A DNA stretch of 64,000 nucleotides from Macrostomum lignano (Eukaryota). The stretch spans positions 62,001-126,000 of the forward strand of contig NIVC01001095.1 of NCBI GenBank assembly GCA_002269645.1, given 5' to 3'. The notes under the pieces are model-generated. The model was not told the DNA's origin, made no database searches, and saw nothing but the letters and a program-made list of their open reading frames with translations. The translations under genes were made by a program, and so were the position numbers. Shown here piece by piece: positions 61,401-64,000 of the stretch (the stretch's first letter is position 1; each line of letters begins with the position of its first letter).

Positions 61401-64000
61401 AATGTTCACAACGAAACCCTACCGGACAAGTTATGGAAAAATATTAAGATCAAACAATGGTTCTATCCTATTTTTTTTCGCATTCAAATGAATTCTGGTT
61501 TGCCCCTCCTTCGTCAAGATTCTTGCTTTAAGTTCAGTAATTAGTTGTCTTTTGTCGGATTAATTTCACTTTTTTCTCATTATTGGATACCCGTAAATGT
61601 TAGTAATAGAGTTTGATAGTGAGTCGTCCAGGCGTGATTTGTTCAAGGTCGGTTAAGTGTGTGGTGAAAGTCAGGAAGTGGGATGGGGGTCAAGGTCAAT
61701 AAGAGGGGTACATGTAGCTCAAGGCCAGTGAAAGGGGTGGCTCAAGGTCAGGGAGTTGTGTGGCTCAAGGTTGGGGAGAGGGGTGACTCAAGGTCAGGGA
61801 GTTGTGTGGCGCAAGGTTGGGGAGAGAGTGGCTCAAGGTTAAGGTGAGTGGCTCAAGGTCAGGGAGTGGGGTGGCTCAAGGTCAGTGAAAGGGGTGGCTC
61901 AAGGTCAGGGAGTGGAGTGGCGCAAGGTTGGGGAGAGGGGTGACTCAAGGTCAAGGAGAGGGGTGGCTCAAGGTCAAGGAGAGGGGTGGCTCAAGGTCAG
62001 TTAGTGGGGTGGCTCAAGGTCGGGGAGTAGGGTGGGGGTCAAGGACAGGGAGTGGGGAGGGCAAGGTCAGGTAGAGGCTTGTTGATAGTCTGTATCGTGC
62101 TTAGCCAGCTTTTAAAGTGCAGCAGGGCTGCTTAGGTATAGAAAATTTATTAAGCTTCGTTTTCGATACACTATTATTTTAAATCCTACCCATCTGTCCC
62201 ATCAGATTATTTATTAATCAAACGCTTTTACGTTTTTTCATTCCCATGCAATAAAAAAGTTTCCAGTTCTCACCGTAACGAAGATATATTGAATTCAAGC
62301 TGTTTTAAACTATAAAAGAGTTAAAGTGTGCATATTTTTCACCGTATTTAGGCTAGCAAAGTTCAGATCAGCGAGTCGGAGGATATTCCGGCTAATCCGG
62401 AGGGTCAACAGTATCTAGAGCACAAGAGCTACGTGATGATTGAGATTTGTTTGGACAAGCCGCTTGTGCCTAAAAGGACGCCAGAGGAAATGGCGAAGAG
62501 GTGAGTTTTGATGATCTTTTATGGGTAATGGAATGAATAGAAAGTGGGGTGGGTGCTGCGCGGGGTGAGGTTGTGAAGGGTAGGAAGTGGAGTGCTGCGC
62601 GGGGTGGGTATGAGGGATAGGAAGTGGGGTGGCGCGGGGTGAGGTTGTGAGGGGTAGGAAGTGGGGTGCTGTGCGGGGTGAGGGTGTGAGGGGTAGGAAA
62701 TTGTGTGCTGCGCGGGTTGAGAGTAGGGGTGAAGCGATTGGAAGTGGGGTGCTACGCGGGGTAAGGGTGTGAGGGGTACGAAGTGGGGTGCTGCGCAGGG
62801 TAAGGGTGTGAGGGGTAGGAAGTGGGGTGCTGCGCGGGGTGATAGTAAGAAGAGATTTGGCTAACTATTCACGCATCATTCGGCTAAGTGTTTGCATCAT
62901 TTTTCAATCGTTGTCAATTCACTCCCAACCACCAGAGTCGCCGAGTACATCCCCGCCAGGCCAATGTACCCGAAGCGTACCAACTCCGCGGAGAAGGCGC
63001 TATCAGATTATCACCAGCAGGTGGCGGAAATTTCCGGCCGAGTCCTGGAAGAGTTCCGCTCGCTATTCACTGACAGCATTCGTGGAGGCCAGCTGCCTCT
63101 GACGCCAGACGGCATCGAGTCGATGCGGCAGGAGTTAATGTACTCATTGAATTCCAGCGGAAAGTACTTCGCCTTCAAAGAGCAACTGAAATACGCCGTG
63201 ATCAAGGTGGTTCGCGAGAAGTACATGAAGACTACTGGATTTCAGGATCAGGTGCATAATTCATCGTTTTTTGTATTTTGTTGCTATCACAAAGTAATAA
63301 GAGCTATAAATAAGAATTAGTCTCAATAAAGTATTGTACATGTATAAATGATCCCCAGGACGGTCATCAGTGTCATAGAATGATAGTTATCCAAGTGTCA
63401 TAGAATGACGGTCATCTTAGTGTCATATAATGACGGTCATCTTAATGTCATATAGAATGATGGTTTTGAGTGTCATAGAGGGACAGTCATCGACAGTTTC
63501 ATAGAATGACGGTCATCGACAGTTTCATAGAATGACGGTCATCGATAGTCATAGAATGATGGTCATCAGTGTCATTGAATGACGGTCATCGTAGTGTCAT
63601 AGAATGACGGTCATCTTAGCATCATAATTATGAGTGGATGACGGTCATCATTGTGTCAAGATGAGTAGGTGACGGTCATAACAGTGTTCAATCGCACAGT
63701 CATGAACACCCCGCCATCGCAGGCCGAGATGCAGCTGTTCCTACGAGACCTATTCGTGTACCTGGTTGACCAGCTGCAGGTGGGCATGCGCAAAGCGATC
63801 AGCTTGCAGGACCGGGTCCCTGTGCCGGCTCCGGTCACGGACTCCGATCAGCTGTTGCACTTTGCGCGCGAGGCCGAAGTCAATGAGAACCTCGGACTGG
63901 CGCAACAGCTCTATCAGGAGCGCATCGCCAGGGATCGGCTGAAGCCGCAGCACTGGTACGACTACGGCGTCTTCTCCCTGTCCACCGGGGATGTCGGCAA
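52457..64000 (+). CDS. CFAP70: Cilia- and flagella-associated protein 70 (TTC18), 3'-partial. Core exons 52457-52528, 52720-53034, 53448-53956, 54816-54900, 57383-57455, 57536-57597, 58203-58388, 62352-62500, 62936-63251, 63723->64000. Candidate extra exons 55002-55010, 55797-55895, 60041-60094
   Basis: Diagnostic peptides KPVLCTVTEVLPKEKKQKDEKT, RIARTRVWPVEI, FHGVAYVNASPLLYPG|VTRIRGAYRVYPY, NPEGQQYLE..LDKPLVPKR, LNSSGKYFAFKEQLK and FAREAEVNEN..HWYDYG match recalled CFAP70 sequence. All phases are consistent. Confidence 0.95.
53150..53400. repeat. ~30-bp minisatellite, CFAP70 intron 2
   Basis: CCTCCTCCAGTTTATGGGGCCGCAACC variants. Confidence 0.85.
54020..54735. repeat. 51-bp minisatellite, CFAP70 intron 3
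   Basis: GTCATGTGGTTTTATTGCCCTGGGCTGGGCGTTCTCTGGCTAGCTTAGCGA. Confidence 0.96.
56165..56790. repeat. ~57-bp minisatellite with CCAAT core
   Basis: AATCAGTGTACATTGTCTAGCAGGGAGAGTGGTAACTTAGCCAATCAGTGTTACATAG. Confidence 0.94.
57705..58110. repeat. ~23-bp minisatellite
   Basis: TCACCCTCTAGATCACCCCGTCT variants. Confidence 0.85.
58395..59825. repeat. 23-bp minisatellite (9+9+5 substructure)
   Basis: CATGAGATT-CAT(G/C)AGATT-CATAT; starts a few nt after the splice donor at 58389. Confidence 0.97.
60641..61099. mobile_element. MITE with CACAGATAC termini and 8-bp TSD (P- or hAT-superfamily-like), in a CFAP70 intron
   Basis: Imperfect TIR CACAGATACTA(A/G)AATAAC(T/C)AGATGGGCCACTCAG plus an inner inverted CTACTTTCAGTTCAGTAGCAAG; TSD CGCAAAAC at 60633-60640 and 61100-61107. 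Confidence 0.82.
61630..62070. repeat. ~22-bp G-rich minisatellite with TCAAGGTCA core
   Basis: GGGGTGGCTCAAGGTCAGGGAG variants. Confidence 0.9.
62540..62830. repeat. ~39-bp G-rich minisatellite
   Basis: GGGGTAGGAAGTGGGGTGCTGCGCGGGGTGAGGGTGTGA. Confidence 0.9.
63355..63690. repeat. ~27-bp minisatellite
   Basis: GAATGACGGTCATCGACAGTTTCATA variants. Confidence 0.88.

Overview
Eukaryotic (invertebrate metazoan) genomic DNA. GC-rich codons, an AT-rich background, poly-Ala/Gln tracts and very dense minisatellites suggest a flatworm such as Macrostomum; this is inference only. Host genes reconstructed by hand from GT-AG sites and frame continuity: (1) the 3' part of an ELAV/Hu-family gene (+, 4640-8901) with RRM1 and RRM2 but no visible RRM3; (2) a secreted, probably GPI-anchored two-Ig Dpr/DIP-like gene (+, 16340-36841); (3) a solitary replication-type histone H2B (+, 39832-40197); (4) a folate-receptor-family gene with a GPI-type tail (-, 49534-50887), head-to-head with (5) the 5' part of CFAP70/TTC18 (+, 52457 to beyond 64000). 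Mobile DNA: an intact Mag-type Ty3/Gypsy element (10746-15279, 5-bp TSD, TG...AA termini), a long-TIR mariner derivative, a nested Harbinger-like > CMC-like > Gypsy-relic stack, hAT- and P-like MITEs and a foldback element. Nearly every large intron carries its own minisatellite, and almost all long ORFs in the supplied track are artefacts of these repeats. The best leads are: reverse-complementary intronic arrays bracketing a frame-preserving 291-nt ELAV exon (possible circRNA or exon-skipping switch), and four orphan histone-type stem-loops around the lone H2B. No prokaryotic features, CRISPR arrays, rRNA or credible tRNA were found.
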